Virus record (IMG/VR): IMGVR_UViG_3300029305_011999
Origin: an uncultured virus (IMG/VR IMGVR_UViG_3300029305_011999)
Lineage: Duplodnaviria > Heunggongvirae > Uroviricota > Caudoviricetes
Strand: one strand, 5' to 3'
DNA length: 64,000 nucleotides
Shown piece by piece: positions 28,889-38,242 of this stretch. The position numbers and the translations under genes were made by a program. The notes under the pieces are model-generated. The model was not told the DNA's origin and did not search any database. It saw nothing but the letters and a program-made list of their open reading frames with translations. Position 1 is the stretch's first letter. Each line of letters starts with the position of its first letter.

Positions 28889-29667
28889 ACAAGCCCCCAT
28901 TCCGCGAACTTCTCAAAGCCGCCCAAGGACTGAATATAATTACGAGCCGTTTCAACGATATCCGCATAAGGAACACCGCCCACAGTTTCATCACCGATAG
29001 CACAGCAAAGAGTAACTGGAGCGTTGTAATGCTGTGCCAGTAACCAGGCGTAAATATTCACGCTGACATCTGCCTTGGACAGATCCTTGCCGTGAAGACC
29101 ACCGCCGGTTACCGAGTCAGCCATATCACTGCCGAGCTTGCGGTTGGTAGCACCCGTATCAACGTCGGTGCCCCCGGTCCAATCTCCAAGAGGATTGATT
29201 TCGGCATTTGGGTATTCTTTCTGCAGTTCCTCTGTCGCAGCGTTGCTTTGGCAAAGGATGAGCCTTGAACCATCCAGGATAAACTTGCCGTCAAAAGGAT
29301 ACTTCTTGTAGAGGTCTCTTGCCATAACGGACAATTCGTTCTGTTCTCTTGTGATGGGCATACCTTTGAAGATGCCGTTATCACCACAACGAATAGCATC
29401 TGCCTGGTTACGGGCAAGATGTGTATCCTGGGGAGTGATTACGATATTACACATAAGGTTGCCTGCGATTCGGTTGATAGCTTGTGCTACTTCAACCTTA
29501 TCGATGGGAGCGGATGTTTCGATGATAGCATGGCAAGTGCCGTGTCCGATGAGAACCTCGACAGCCACCTTCGGATTTTCCTGCGCTGTATATGCCAGGT
29601 CAACGATTGCACCGGCGATGCGGTCAGCAATCTTATCGGGATGAGAGGGATTTACTTTTTCAAACAT
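28885..29667 (-). CDS. metK: Compact S-adenosylmethionine synthetase homologue
   Basis: HPDKIADRI, GDNG, DTGATNRKL, GGGLHGKDLSKADVS; only 260 aa. Confidence 0.85.
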   Translation of the reverse strand: MFEKVNPSHPDKIADRIAGAIVDLAYTAQENPKVAVEVLIGHGTCHAIIETSAPIDKVEVAQAINRIAGNLMCNIVITPQDTHLARNQADAIRCGDNGIFKGMPITREQNELSVMARDLYKKYPFDGKFILDGSRLILCQSNAATEELQKEYPNAEINPLGDWTGGTDVDTGATNRKLGSDMADSVTGGGLHGKDLSKADVSVNIYAWLLAQHYNAPVTLCCAIGDETVGGVPYADIVETARNYIQSLGGFEKFAEWGLV

Positions 29668-29673
29668 AATTCA

Positions 29674-30213
29674 TTATCCTTTCCTTGCTCGAAGTAGTCT
29701 TTCCATAACATCGTCCTGGGGACTTACTCCACCATATTCGGTAGTACAGTTCTCACGGACGATTTGGAAAATTTCTGACCACAGGCGATTCGCCTGCGAC
29801 ATATAGGTATTTGCGATAGCCACATAAGGTGACTGGATGGCAGCACCCGTTGTAGGATGCTTTGCCAAGAAACCCAACTCACTGGTGATGGATTCGCATT
29901 GAATCCATCTCGCACTTGCCATTGCAAAGCGTTCTATAAGCTGTGGCGATACCAACGAGGAACAGCCTCTTTCGGATAGCCAATTCCACACATTTTCGTA
30001 CAGCTCAACTGCACATAAGGTAGAGCCGTCTTTTTGCTTCGCAGACAAGTATTCGGACGGTTTCGGCATTGATTGACCTTCAAGATCTACCGCGCTGTCT
30101 TTGAAATCAATTACAGTCAGCGGTCTTTTTCCGGGATTTCCGTCAGCAATTTTGTCAGCAATTGGCTTTTTTGGTCTGCCACCACTGCCGGGTTTTGGTC
30201 CTCTTTGACCCAT
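29674..30213 (-). CDS. terS: Terminase small subunit (P27 family)
   Basis: GGRPKKP...GNPGKRPL, AIQSPYVAI; follows the HNH gene. Confidence 0.85.
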   Translation of the reverse strand: MGQRGPKPGSGGRPKKPIADKIADGNPGKRPLTVIDFKDSAVDLEGQSMPKPSEYLSAKQKDGSTLCAVELYENVWNWLSERGCSSLVSPQLIERFAMASARWIQCESITSELGFLAKHPTTGAAIQSPYVAIANTYMSQANRLWSEIFQIVRENCTTEYGGVSPQDDVMERLLRARKG

Positions 30214-30335
30214 TTTTTACACACCTCCTTTGTGCCGGGGGCTATTCCCCCTAAAACTTTTGCGATTTTGCACACGTGACCCCAGGCCGTTGTCCAAATA
30301 AAAAGGTCCCGGAGATTTTACCCGCCCCTGGGGGG

Positions 30336-30683
30336 TTACCGGTCACCAATTTCGTGGTGGATTTTAGTGTGGCATGAACGGCATAGAGATTTAAGGTTTT
30401 CTCTTGCGTGTGTGCCGCCTTTTGAAATAGGAATTATATGATGTACTTCTTCAGCAGGTACAAGCCGACCTTCCTCTTGGCAACGCTCACAAAGCGGGTG
30501 CTGTGTGATGTGTCTGTCACGGATGCGTTTCCAGGCACGTCCATACTTCTTGTTCACATCAGCAGAACGCTCGTACTTGTCGTACTGCTTTCGTGCAACA
30601 GCCGAATGCTCTTCACAGTATTGTCCGTCTGCAAGGCGTGGACAGCCTGGGTAGGAACACGGTCGTTTCGGTTTCTTTGGCAT
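30336..30683 (-). CDS. Packaging-associated HNH endonuclease
   Basis: PLCERC, EVHHIIP, NLKSLCRSCH. Confidence 0.9.
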   Translation of the reverse strand: MPKKPKRPCSYPGCPRLADGQYCEEHSAVARKQYDKYERSADVNKKYGRAWKRIRDRHITQHPLCERCQEEGRLVPAEEVHHIIPISKGGTHARENLKSLCRSCHTKIHHEIGDR

Positions 30684-30687
30684 TGGT

Positions 30688-30771
30688 TCACCTCCTGCGG
30701 AACAGTTCACCCAGCTTGTATTTAAGGATGTACCACAGTTGTTCCATATAGCCGACCTTTCGGTAGCCCAT
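30688..30771 (-). CDS. 27-aa small ORF, first gene of the late operon
   Basis: MGYRKVGYMEQLWYILKYKLGELFRRR* with AAAGGAG RBS; its stop overlaps the SD of the HNH gene. Confidence 0.5.
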   Translation of the reverse strand: MGYRKVGYMEQLWYILKYKLGELFRRR

Positions 30772-30851
30772 ACAACCACTCCTTTCCGGGCATAAGAAAA
30801 GCCCCCACAGGATTGCTCCCGTGAAGGCTTCTTGAGTATTCTTCGCTAATT

Positions 30852-30908
30852 ATATCTTACCATAAATGCAAGGCGGACATCTACGGACAAAAGCGGACAT
30901 TTCGGGCG
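30852..30908 (-). promoter_or_regulatory. Putative late promoter with 10-bp phased CGGACA repeats
   Basis: CGGACA at 30874, 30884 and 30894; TGgTAAGAT extended -10 downstream on the minus strand. Confidence 0.6.
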
Positions 30909-30912
30909 ACTT

Positions 30913-31338
30913 TTATTGCTGCGTATATTTTTCCGGCACAACAACCTTTTTTAGCGCTTCATCGTGCCACCTTCGTATGGTTCGGCTGTCGGCACTCATT
31001 TCCACACCGATTTGTTCCCAGGTGCAATTGTGGATATATCTGTAGCGTAAGATAAGACGGTAATTCGTGTTTGAAACCGCTTCAATAACTGTGCGGATTT
31101 CCTTCTTCAAATCAACCAATGCATCTATTTCGGCATCTATGATTTGCTCCAGCTCGATGATTTTTTCGATGCATCTAACGAAAGGAGCATCCGTAGATTT
31201 CGAGGTTTGAACACGCTCGCCCCAACCGGGAGAGGAGATGCTTTGCGACATCGTGCGAAGCTGGGACACCTCCTCAATATGTGAGTTTATTTTTTGATCA
31301 AGCCTATATGCTTGGCTTAAGTATTCTTTTGCGGTCAT
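30913..31338 (-). CDS. Late transcription activator-like protein (ArpU/RinA/DUF1492-like)
   Basis: MTAKEYLSQAY...LRYRYI..TWEQIG..M..DSRTIRRWH HTH; last early gene. Confidence 0.8.
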   Translation of the reverse strand: MTAKEYLSQAYRLDQKINSHIEEVSQLRTMSQSISSPGWGERVQTSKSTDAPFVRCIEKIIELEQIIDAEIDALVDLKKEIRTVIEAVSNTNYRLILRYRYIHNCTWEQIGVEMSADSRTIRRWHDEALKKVVVPEKYTQQ

Positions 31339-31553
31339 TAGGCAACTTCCTCCTTTAATTTTGCAAGTAGAACCTCACCGTCAATTGAGGTCAAAGTTTG
31401 AAACCATTGTGAGCGAAAAAACCTCTCGCATTCTTTACAGGTAGCTTTTGAATCGGCATCTCGCTGATTCTTTTTTAAGCGTCGTTGTGCTTTTCGGTAA
31501 TCCTTAACCGCTTGGAGGACAATAGCATTCGCCAAATTTTCAATTGGGTTCAT
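31338..31553 (-). CDS. Hypothetical phage protein
   Basis: LANAIVLQAVKDYR...ERFFRSQWF. Confidence 0.7.
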   Translation of the reverse strand: MNPIENLANAIVLQAVKDYRKAQRRLKKNQRDADSKATCKECERFFRSQWFQTLTSIDGEVLLAKLKEEVA

Positions 31554-31764
31554 TTTTTGCCTCCTTTAAGTTCGAATCTTCGCATTTTACAAAACTATCA
31601 ACATTGGCGTTCATTTCCTGTTTGCGGATTTGACGGTTTTGCTTACGCTGTGCTTTTCTTCGGTCACTTCGTGCCTTTCGTTTTGAAGCCCTCATAATAT
31701 TGCTTATAGCTTCGCCCGCTGTAGGGTCGGAATAGCCTTCGGAATTTTTGTAATATCGACTCAT
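31540..31764 (-). CDS. Basic hypothetical phage protein
   Basis: KNSEGYSDPTAGEA; overlaps both neighbours. Confidence 0.65.
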   Translation of the reverse strand: MSRYYKNSEGYSDPTAGEAISNIMRASKRKARSDRRKAQRKQNRQIRKQEMNANVDSFVKCEDSNLKEAKNEPN

Positions 31765-32165
31765 TAGCTCACCTCCAAATCGGTGATTTCGATATATATT
31801 CCGCACGGCTCGTCCGACCATCGTTTTTCAACGGTTTCACTGACAACCTGGGCATCATCTTTCCAAAATCCGCATTTTGTCATGCAGTCTTTTAGAAGTT
31901 TTTGCAAATTGTCGGTATCCGGCTTTGTTGTTCGCCATTCTCCGTGCTTGTGATTTTTGCCTCTCGGGAAAAGCCAAATTACTCGAAGGGATAATGCTCC
32001 CATCAGCGGCTCTTTCGGTTTGTGTAGGCAAAGATGTCCGCACAAAAGATTTCTTGCATCCTTGACTTGCTGCGGATCGTAAAATATTGGTTTATTTCGC
32101 ACAACTTTTACTTTGCGTTCTTGCGCCGTAACAGTTGGCGGATTCATTGCTAAAAAGAAATTCAT
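31764..32165 (-). CDS. rusA: RusA-like Holliday junction resolvase
   Basis: KPDTDNLQKLLKD...WKDDAQV. Confidence 0.88.
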   Translation of the reverse strand: MNFFLAMNPPTVTAQERKVKVVRNKPIFYDPQQVKDARNLLCGHLCLHKPKEPLMGALSLRVIWLFPRGKNHKHGEWRTTKPDTDNLQKLLKDCMTKCGFWKDDAQVVSETVEKRWSDEPCGIYIEITDLEVS

Positions 32166-32346
32166 ATTTTGTCCTTTCTGACTTGAGGACAAAGGCAGGG
32201 GTCATCGTCAGTGTTGAGGGATACAAAGGCAAGCTTGCAGCCTTTGTTCCTCACACGTGACAACGCGGGATGGACACATCCTTATATATAGCCTTTGCTT
32301 GCCATACGGGCATAGGAGAATTTTTCCTATGTCTGTAATAGCTTTG

Positions 32347-34371
32347 TTAAGGTGATTTTTTCTTGCTGCCGTTTGTTTCTTCAAGTGCTTTTTTGCGTGT
32401 TACGATGCCACGGTCATTACCGTAAATATCGCCAAATTCTCCTAAATAGCGTCTAACAGTTTTTTCATCGAGCCCAGTGTAATCAGATAAATCCGAAACA
32501 CGGGTAAAACCATTTTCTGCACAAATATCAAATGCTGTGTCTATGACACTTCGACGTTCATCTTTTGTTGTACGCTTACCGCTTTTTGCAAGATTTGAAA
32601 GTCGAGAGCCTTCTGCGGTTGCTTTTTCAAGGTTTGAGTTGTCTATTCTGTGTATCGGGTATTCAAACCAAAAGTTCACAGGCTTGAAATTCTCAAATTC
32701 ACGAAGGCTTGATTCCATTCTCCAAGCGGTTGCGTTACCGTCCCTGACATTGTTCGACAAATCATCACTTAATTCGAGCTGAATCATATCGAGCTGTGCA
32801 TCAGGGTCTCGCGCAAACACTCCGCTGCCGGAAGCTCTGTCGATTGCTTTTTTGCCACCTTGTGCGCCTTTGCTATGATGATGACAGTAAATTGTTGCAC
32901 AGCCGGTTTCGACGCAAATCTTGTCAAACTGATTACAGAATGCCGCCATATCAGAAGCGTTGTTCTCATCTCCTGTGATAACCTTGTAAATGGGGTCAAT
33001 AATAACGGCACTGTATCCGCTGTCCTTTACACGGCGAATAAGTTTCGGAACCAACCTGTCAAGCGGTACTGCAAAGCCACGAAGATTCCAAATAACAATG
33101 TTGTCCATATGCTTCATAGGGATTTTTAGTGCCTCGTATATTTTCATAAAGCGATTGATACAAGAAGCTGGGTCAATCTCCAAGTTCACATACAGCACAC
33201 GGCCTTGTTTGCAAGAAAAGCCAAGCCAGGGTTTGCCTTCCGCAAGTGAAATGCAGAGTTCCATTAGTAAGAATGATTTGCCCGCTTTGCTGCTTCCTGA
33301 AATCAGCATTTTGTGTCCGCAACGCAGAACCCCTTTTATAAGTTCATCGGGCAGAGGAGGCGGATTATTTTTGAATTCGTCCAGGGTGACTAAACCGGGC
33401 AACTCGTCCGAGGCACCCTCAACATAATCCATCCACTCAACCCAGGTTTTTCTGCCGAGGTTTTCCGCAACAATGTATTGATTGCATCCATTACGGACTG
33501 CGCCGGGCAAACGTGACAGACGTGAAGGGTTGCGATTCTGCTTGTCCACGACAACGCCGTTTTTCTCAAGGAAGTCATATAAAAACTCCACTCGCTTACG
33601 GTACTCGTCGTAGTCTTCTGCGTCTACTCGAACAATAGCGTGAAGGCTTTTTCCACCACTGTGAACCAAACAAACAATTGGCAGCTCCAACTTTCGGTAC
33701 ATAGCGTCTTGATCGGCAATCGACATACTATCCGATTCCACGAGGGCATACCTATATTTCGTGATATGTTCGTTTTTAACGCCCTCTCCGTTAACCGGAT
33801 TAAAGCGAATCCAAGCACCTGCTTCTTTGTGCCAATCACCGATGGTTGCTCCCAAGTCATCCGCATACTTATCCAGAGATGCAATAAGCTGTCCGGCGGT
33901 ACGGTCATAGTAGCCCTTACTTGAGGGCTTCCATTTGCCGTCCGCATCTTCCCAGGATTCGGTAACATAGCTGACAAGGTCATCTTTGTCGAACAATAGC
34001 AAAAGATACCGTTTTAACTCTGCTACAGGATTGAAATCATCTTGAATGGTCGTGTAATTGGTGAAATCATCACCGTCATAGGATATGGTGTCTGTCCAAT
34101 CCATTACACCGTTACCATCGAAGGCAGTCCAACCTCGTTCTTTCGCCATCTGTACAATTGTTGCTCCTGTGATTGGAGTGCCGGAGCCCTTAAATGTGCG
34201 CCATTTACGCTCACATTCTCCGGGCTTATATCTTTTATCATTACGACTCCAGGCATCCCAAATGTCCCAAGAATATCCTTCTGCTTGAAGTGCCATACCA
34301 ATATTTATCCATTCTTGATAGTTCAAGGTTGCAACATCTATCTTTTCGAGTGCCGATAAAATGTTATTCAT
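32347..34371 (-). CDS. Replication protein: PriCT-2/primase-like domain + AAA_25 (RepA-like) helicase
   Basis: YQEWINIGMAL, HSGGKSLH, SRLSRLPG, GSSKAGKS, IIDPIY, HHHSKG. Confidence 0.88.
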   Translation of the reverse strand: MNNILSALEKIDVATLNYQEWINIGMALQAEGYSWDIWDAWSRNDKRYKPGECERKWRTFKGSGTPITGATIVQMAKERGWTAFDGNGVMDWTDTISYDGDDFTNYTTIQDDFNPVAELKRYLLLLFDKDDLVSYVTESWEDADGKWKPSSKGYYDRTAGQLIASLDKYADDLGATIGDWHKEAGAWIRFNPVNGEGVKNEHITKYRYALVESDSMSIADQDAMYRKLELPIVCLVHSGGKSLHAIVRVDAEDYDEYRKRVEFLYDFLEKNGVVVDKQNRNPSRLSRLPGAVRNGCNQYIVAENLGRKTWVEWMDYVEGASDELPGLVTLDEFKNNPPPLPDELIKGVLRCGHKMLISGSSKAGKSFLLMELCISLAEGKPWLGFSCKQGRVLYVNLEIDPASCINRFMKIYEALKIPMKHMDNIVIWNLRGFAVPLDRLVPKLIRRVKDSGYSAVIIDPIYKVITGDENNASDMAAFCNQFDKICVETGCATIYCHHHSKGAQGGKKAIDRASGSGVFARDPDAQLDMIQLELSDDLSNNVRDGNATAWRMESSLREFENFKPVNFWFEYPIHRIDNSNLEKATAEGSRLSNLAKSGKRTTKDERRSVIDTAFDICAENGFTRVSDLSDYTGLDEKTVRRYLGEFGDIYGNDRGIVTRKKALEETNGSKKKSP

Positions 34372-34380
34372 AAAAACTCC

Positions 34381-35961
34381 TTATGGTCTGTATTTTGACG
34401 GCACCATTCCGTAGGGCACCATCCAGTTATTCATTGCAAGGCGAGATATCATCTTGCTTGCATCTTCAAAACTCCAGGTGCCGACACGAAGAAAACCGTA
34501 ACGCTCCAAACAGCGTATTTGCTTTGGAGTTGAAAGCCCTTCGTCCTGTCTGCGTTTGAGTCGGTCAATAATCATACTTGCCATACCCGTGTTAGCTACT
34601 GTATCCGCAAAGATGCCGCGGTTTTCCAAAAACGCAAGTTGCTTCTCCGAGGGAGGAGCCATTTCCCAAGCAAAAGTAGGAACATAATTTGCCAAATCTT
34701 CCGCAGCGATTGACATCGCATATTGCAAAGGGTCAACGAGTTTACGCTTGCGGCGGCGCATTTCAGCAAGCTCACGAGCAAGAGCTTCTTCACGTTCAAG
34801 CAGAACGTCACGCTCGGCTTCTTCCTCCGCCTCGATTAGGTCGTATTCTCCATCATCCTTTAGTAGGCGTTCGTCCATTCGTTTTGCAATGCTTTCGTCC
34901 TTTGAAATAAGAGCAGATGGCCGACATAGGTCGTGCCGATCAGTCATCCATAGAAAATCCAAAAGCAAAAGATGGTCTTTGCCTTCACAGAGCCGCATTC
35001 CACGACCTACCATCTGCTGATACAAGCTCCTAACTTTGGTAGGGCGCAATACAACAACGCAATCTACAGAGGGACAATCCCATCCTTCTGTTAAAAGCAT
35101 ACTGTTGCACAGAACATCAAACTCGCCGTTTTCAAAACGAGTAAGGATGCCAGATCTGTCATCACTATTGCCATTCACCTCGGCGGCACGAAGTCCATAT
35201 TTGTTCAGCAACTCGCAGAATTTCTTTGAAGTAGCAACAAGCGGTAAAAAGACTACGGTTTTGCGCCCTTTGCAGTAATGCTTCATCTCATATGCAATTT
35301 GGTCAAGATAAGGGTCAAGAGCTGAGCCAATTTCACCGACGGCATAGTCGCCGTTTGAAATACCCACAGCCCCAATGTCCAACTCCAATGGAATAAGCTG
35401 TGCTTTTACGGGACAAAGGTAACCGTCTTTAATTGCTTGACTCATTCCGTATTCGTAGGCTTTGCTATCAAAGTATTTGCCAAGGTTGCGTTGATCGCCA
35501 CGGTCGGGTGTTGCTGTAACGCCGAGTATGTTTGCGTTTGGAAAATGCTCAAGAACACGTTGGTAACTATCTGAAAGGCAATGATGGGCTTCATCCACAA
35601 CGATGTCAGTAAAATGTTCCGAGGAAAATTGTTCTAATCGTTTTGGCTGTGCTAATGACTGTACCGAACCAATGGTTACGGGAATATCACTACCAACAGA
35701 GGTGCTTTCTGCTTTTTCAAGCACCGACTCCAAGCCACATACACTTTTCAGCTTATCTCCAGCCTGTTCTAACAGTTCGCCTCGGTGTGCCATAATGAGG
35801 ACTCGACCACCATTGTCCACACGATTTTTTGCGACCGAGGAGAAGACCACCGTTTTGCCGGTGCCTGTGGGAAGAACAAGAAGAGTCTTCCTGTTTCCCA
35901 CAGACCACTCGTGCAAAATAGCATCTCTCGCCTCAGCCTGGTAAGGTCTGAGAGATATCAC
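34381..35961 (-). CDS. SF2 DEAD/DEAH helicase
   Basis: LRPYQ, PTGTGKT, DEAHH, TATP, QMVGRGMR. Confidence 0.93.
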   Translation of the reverse strand: MISLRPYQAEARDAILHEWSVGNRKTLLVLPTGTGKTVVFSSVAKNRVDNGGRVLIMAHRGELLEQAGDKLKSVCGLESVLEKAESTSVGSDIPVTIGSVQSLAQPKRLEQFSSEHFTDIVVDEAHHCLSDSYQRVLEHFPNANILGVTATPDRGDQRNLGKYFDSKAYEYGMSQAIKDGYLCPVKAQLIPLELDIGAVGISNGDYAVGEIGSALDPYLDQIAYEMKHYCKGRKTVVFLPLVATSKKFCELLNKYGLRAAEVNGNSDDRSGILTRFENGEFDVLCNSMLLTEGWDCPSVDCVVVLRPTKVRSLYQQMVGRGMRLCEGKDHLLLLDFLWMTDRHDLCRPSALISKDESIAKRMDERLLKDDGEYDLIEAEEEAERDVLLEREEALARELAEMRRRKRKLVDPLQYAMSIAAEDLANYVPTFAWEMAPPSEKQLAFLENRGIFADTVANTGMASMIIDRLKRRQDEGLSTPKQIRCLERYGFLRVGTWSFEDASKMISRLAMNNWMVPYGMVPSKYRP

Positions 35962-35972
35962 GGCTTACCTCC

Positions 35973-36482
35973 TTAAATGAACGGAAGATCGTCATCGTCT
36001 GTGATTTCTACAAAGCCGTCTGTATCTCCGCCGAAGAAGTCAGGATTGTAATCGATGAAACGCTCGATATCATTCGCAACCTTTTCTTCACCTGCGTTGT
36101 TCGTGTACTTGCGAGGCTTAAAGTGTGCGCGTCCCTTAGAGCCAACCACTCGATTCCAATCCATAACAAGGCGTTCGCCGTGTTTCTTCTGTCCAATGCA
36201 ACGGAAGAAGGAGGAAATACGCCACTCAAGGCTACGATAAAGGATAAGGTCGAACTTGACCGAAGCAATGCCTTCGGGAGTTCTTACAATTGCCGTGATG
36301 GTTGCCTTGTTACAAGCGGGGATTTTTTGACTTCCGGGGAAACGTCCACGCTCAAAATTAGTGATTTCAAAGTTATAGTCGCCCTCTTCCAGGGTGATGA
36401 ACTCTTGACCATCGGCTTCGATGGCAGCGTCCCAATCCATGCACATATCCTGTGCAGCGGTGTTGTTATTGTTATAAGTCAT
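35973..36482 (-). CDS. Putative ssDNA-binding protein (DUF669-like)
   Basis: LEEGDYNF; acidic DDDDLPFI tail; next to the Sak4-like gene. Confidence 0.75.
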   Translation of the reverse strand: MTYNNNNTAAQDMCMDWDAAIEADGQEFITLEEGDYNFEITNFERGRFPGSQKIPACNKATITAIVRTPEGIASVKFDLILYRSLEWRISSFFRCIGQKKHGERLVMDWNRVVGSKGRAHFKPRKYTNNAGEEKVANDIERFIDYNPDFFGGDTDGFVEITDDDDLPFI

Positions 36483-36499
36483 GGTTAAATTCCTCCAAT

Positions 36500-37435
36500 T
36501 TAATTACTGTTGTTGTGATGAATGGTGATTGCGATTTTCTCCCAATTCGGCAAGAGCCATCTGTTTACGAATTCCTCCGAATACTGGGCAATGGGGGTCG
36601 CTTCGGGATAATGACCCTTTGCTGCTACGAGCTTCTGTAAATCCGCTTCATCGATTTCCGCATCATTCAGAAGTCGGTTGATTTTGTTGATGAGTTCTTC
36701 CGGCAAGGTCTGCGGCTTGTTGCTTTCGCCGAAAATATGGCGAATGTTATCAAAAGATAACTCCATCTCATCGGGGAGACCGTGTCTGTTCTTTGCATCC
36801 CAGCAAGGGTGATGGGTTGCATACATAACACGTTTGCCGCCCTGTGCCTTTTTGGCATTGGTTTCAGTTGTTACGACATAGGTCTTGAAGTTGATGAACA
36901 GCAATGCATCGCACCATTCCTTGAGAAGAGGTGCAACCTGCTTGGAGAGCTTCATCTCCCAACGGTCGTATGCACCCATTTCGTCCGGCTGTTCAAATTT
37001 ACGCATCTTTGCGTGGGCAGTAACGATAACATTGACCCCCGATGCGATAACCGCATCCAAGGCGGCGAGCAAACGACCGTATTCCTCGGAAAGGTAGGTG
37101 TAGCCCTTACCATAGCCGAATTCCTCGATACCCGATTTTTTGAACTTATTAAGGATGTAGTCGGTACACATAATTTCGGCCTTGTCCGCTGTATCCAAAA
37201 TTACGGTTTTGCAAATGTTGGGAGTACGAGCAACCTCTCCGAGCATTGTAAGCAATCCTTCCCAGGTGTCCGCCTTGGGAAAACGTGATACATCCATTTG
37301 GTCGGTGCCGTTTTCCAAATCGAAGAAAACGCAGCCGTCTGCTTTTGATGCAAAAGTGGATTTGCCGACGCCTTCTGCGCCGTAAATAACGAGTCGTACA
37401 GGTCTTGTTCTTTGACCTCTTGTAATTTCAAGCAT
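36500..37435 (-). CDS. AAA_24 / Sak4-like recombination ATPase
   Basis: YGAEGVGKS, VILDTAD, GYGKGY, AKNR. Confidence 0.85.
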   Translation of the reverse strand: MLEITRGQRTRPVRLVIYGAEGVGKSTFASKADGCVFFDLENGTDQMDVSRFPKADTWEGLLTMLGEVARTPNICKTVILDTADKAEIMCTDYILNKFKKSGIEEFGYGKGYTYLSEEYGRLLAALDAVIASGVNVIVTAHAKMRKFEQPDEMGAYDRWEMKLSKQVAPLLKEWCDALLFINFKTYVVTTETNAKKAQGGKRVMYATHHPCWDAKNRHGLPDEMELSFDNIRHIFGESNKPQTLPEELINKINRLLNDAEIDEADLQKLVAAKGHYPEATPIAQYSEEFVNRWLLPNWEKIAITIHHNNSN

Positions 37436-37448
37436 TTATATACCTCCG

Positions 37449-37973
37449 TTAGCTTAATGAGCAGGATTGCTCTTTGATTAGTGTCGAACCTGGAATTTCT
37501 ACGCCGGACTTGATGAGTTTCTTAACATCAGCCTTGCTAACCTCCGGGTCCTTTCTGCGAATGAATGCATCATAGCCGTTGCTGCCAAGCCAGGTGATGG
37601 TAGCGGTAGCATCCGTAACTTCAACTCTTTCGGTAGCACGGAATCTTACTGTAGCAACACCACAATCCGTGTTCTCACCGTCACATTCACGTTTGAGAAC
37701 CTCCATGATTCGTTCTGCTTTGCGTTCGGCTTTTTGGCGTTTCTCCTTAAGTCGGTCTTCTTCGGCTTTAATTGCAGTTGCTTCGGAACGGCAATTCAGC
37801 ACAAGTTTTGCAAGATACTCAAGGATACGAGAACGCTCCATCTGCAAGGCATTGATTTCCGTTAAGACAGAATCGATGTCTCCTGTGATTTCACCCGTCT
37901 CGGGGTCAGGCTCCAATGAGAGGAAGAGGTTTTCAAGTGCCTCGTTCACTTCATACAGTTTCAACTGCTTCAC
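37449..37973 (-). CDS. Siphovirus Gp157-like protein
   Basis: LYEV...DPETGEI, coiled coil, KKLIKSGVEIPG. Confidence 0.8.
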   Translation of the reverse strand: MKQLKLYEVNEALENLFLSLEPDPETGEITGDIDSVLTEINALQMERSRILEYLAKLVLNCRSEATAIKAEEDRLKEKRQKAERKAERIMEVLKRECDGENTDCGVATVRFRATERVEVTDATATITWLGSNGYDAFIRRKDPEVSKADVKKLIKSGVEIPGSTLIKEQSCSLS

Positions 37974-38154
37974 CTCCCATCACTTCTTTGATTGCAACCT
38001 CGTCCACGCTGTCTCCGGGAACGAGGATTGTAACCTTTTGAAGATCACCAAGAAAAAGTCGCATTAGCTTTTCACGAATGGTGACCGTTCTGCAGGCTAC
38101 AATGCCTCCAGGTTTGGGTTTCTTTGAAACACTGATTGTAAGATTATGTTTCAT
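37951..38154 (-). CDS. Hypothetical phage protein
   Basis: GAAGGAGG RBS; VTILVPGDSV. Confidence 0.7.
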   Translation of the reverse strand: MKHNLTISVSKKPKPGGIVACRTVTIREKLMRLFLGDLQKVTILVPGDSVDEVAIKEVMGGEAVETV

Positions 38155-38196
38155 TTCTGTCCTCCTTCTGGAAGGGCAGAATTTTTGTCCCTTCCG

Positions 38197-38242
38197 CTAT
38201 ACGCAGAAAAAGGGGGCGTTTTGGCGAGTGTTTTTTCAAAAA
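38197..38242 (-). promoter_or_regulatory. Phage-specific promoter-like element, copy 2
   Basis: Matches 3783-3827; overlaps the stop codon of the sigma-like gene and precedes the replication operon. Confidence 0.7.

Noticed and set aside
28885..29667. Functional link between phage MetK and the radical SAM enzyme
   Set aside because: They are 24 kb apart, on opposite strands and in different modules; MetK is adequately explained by the adjacent methyltransferases
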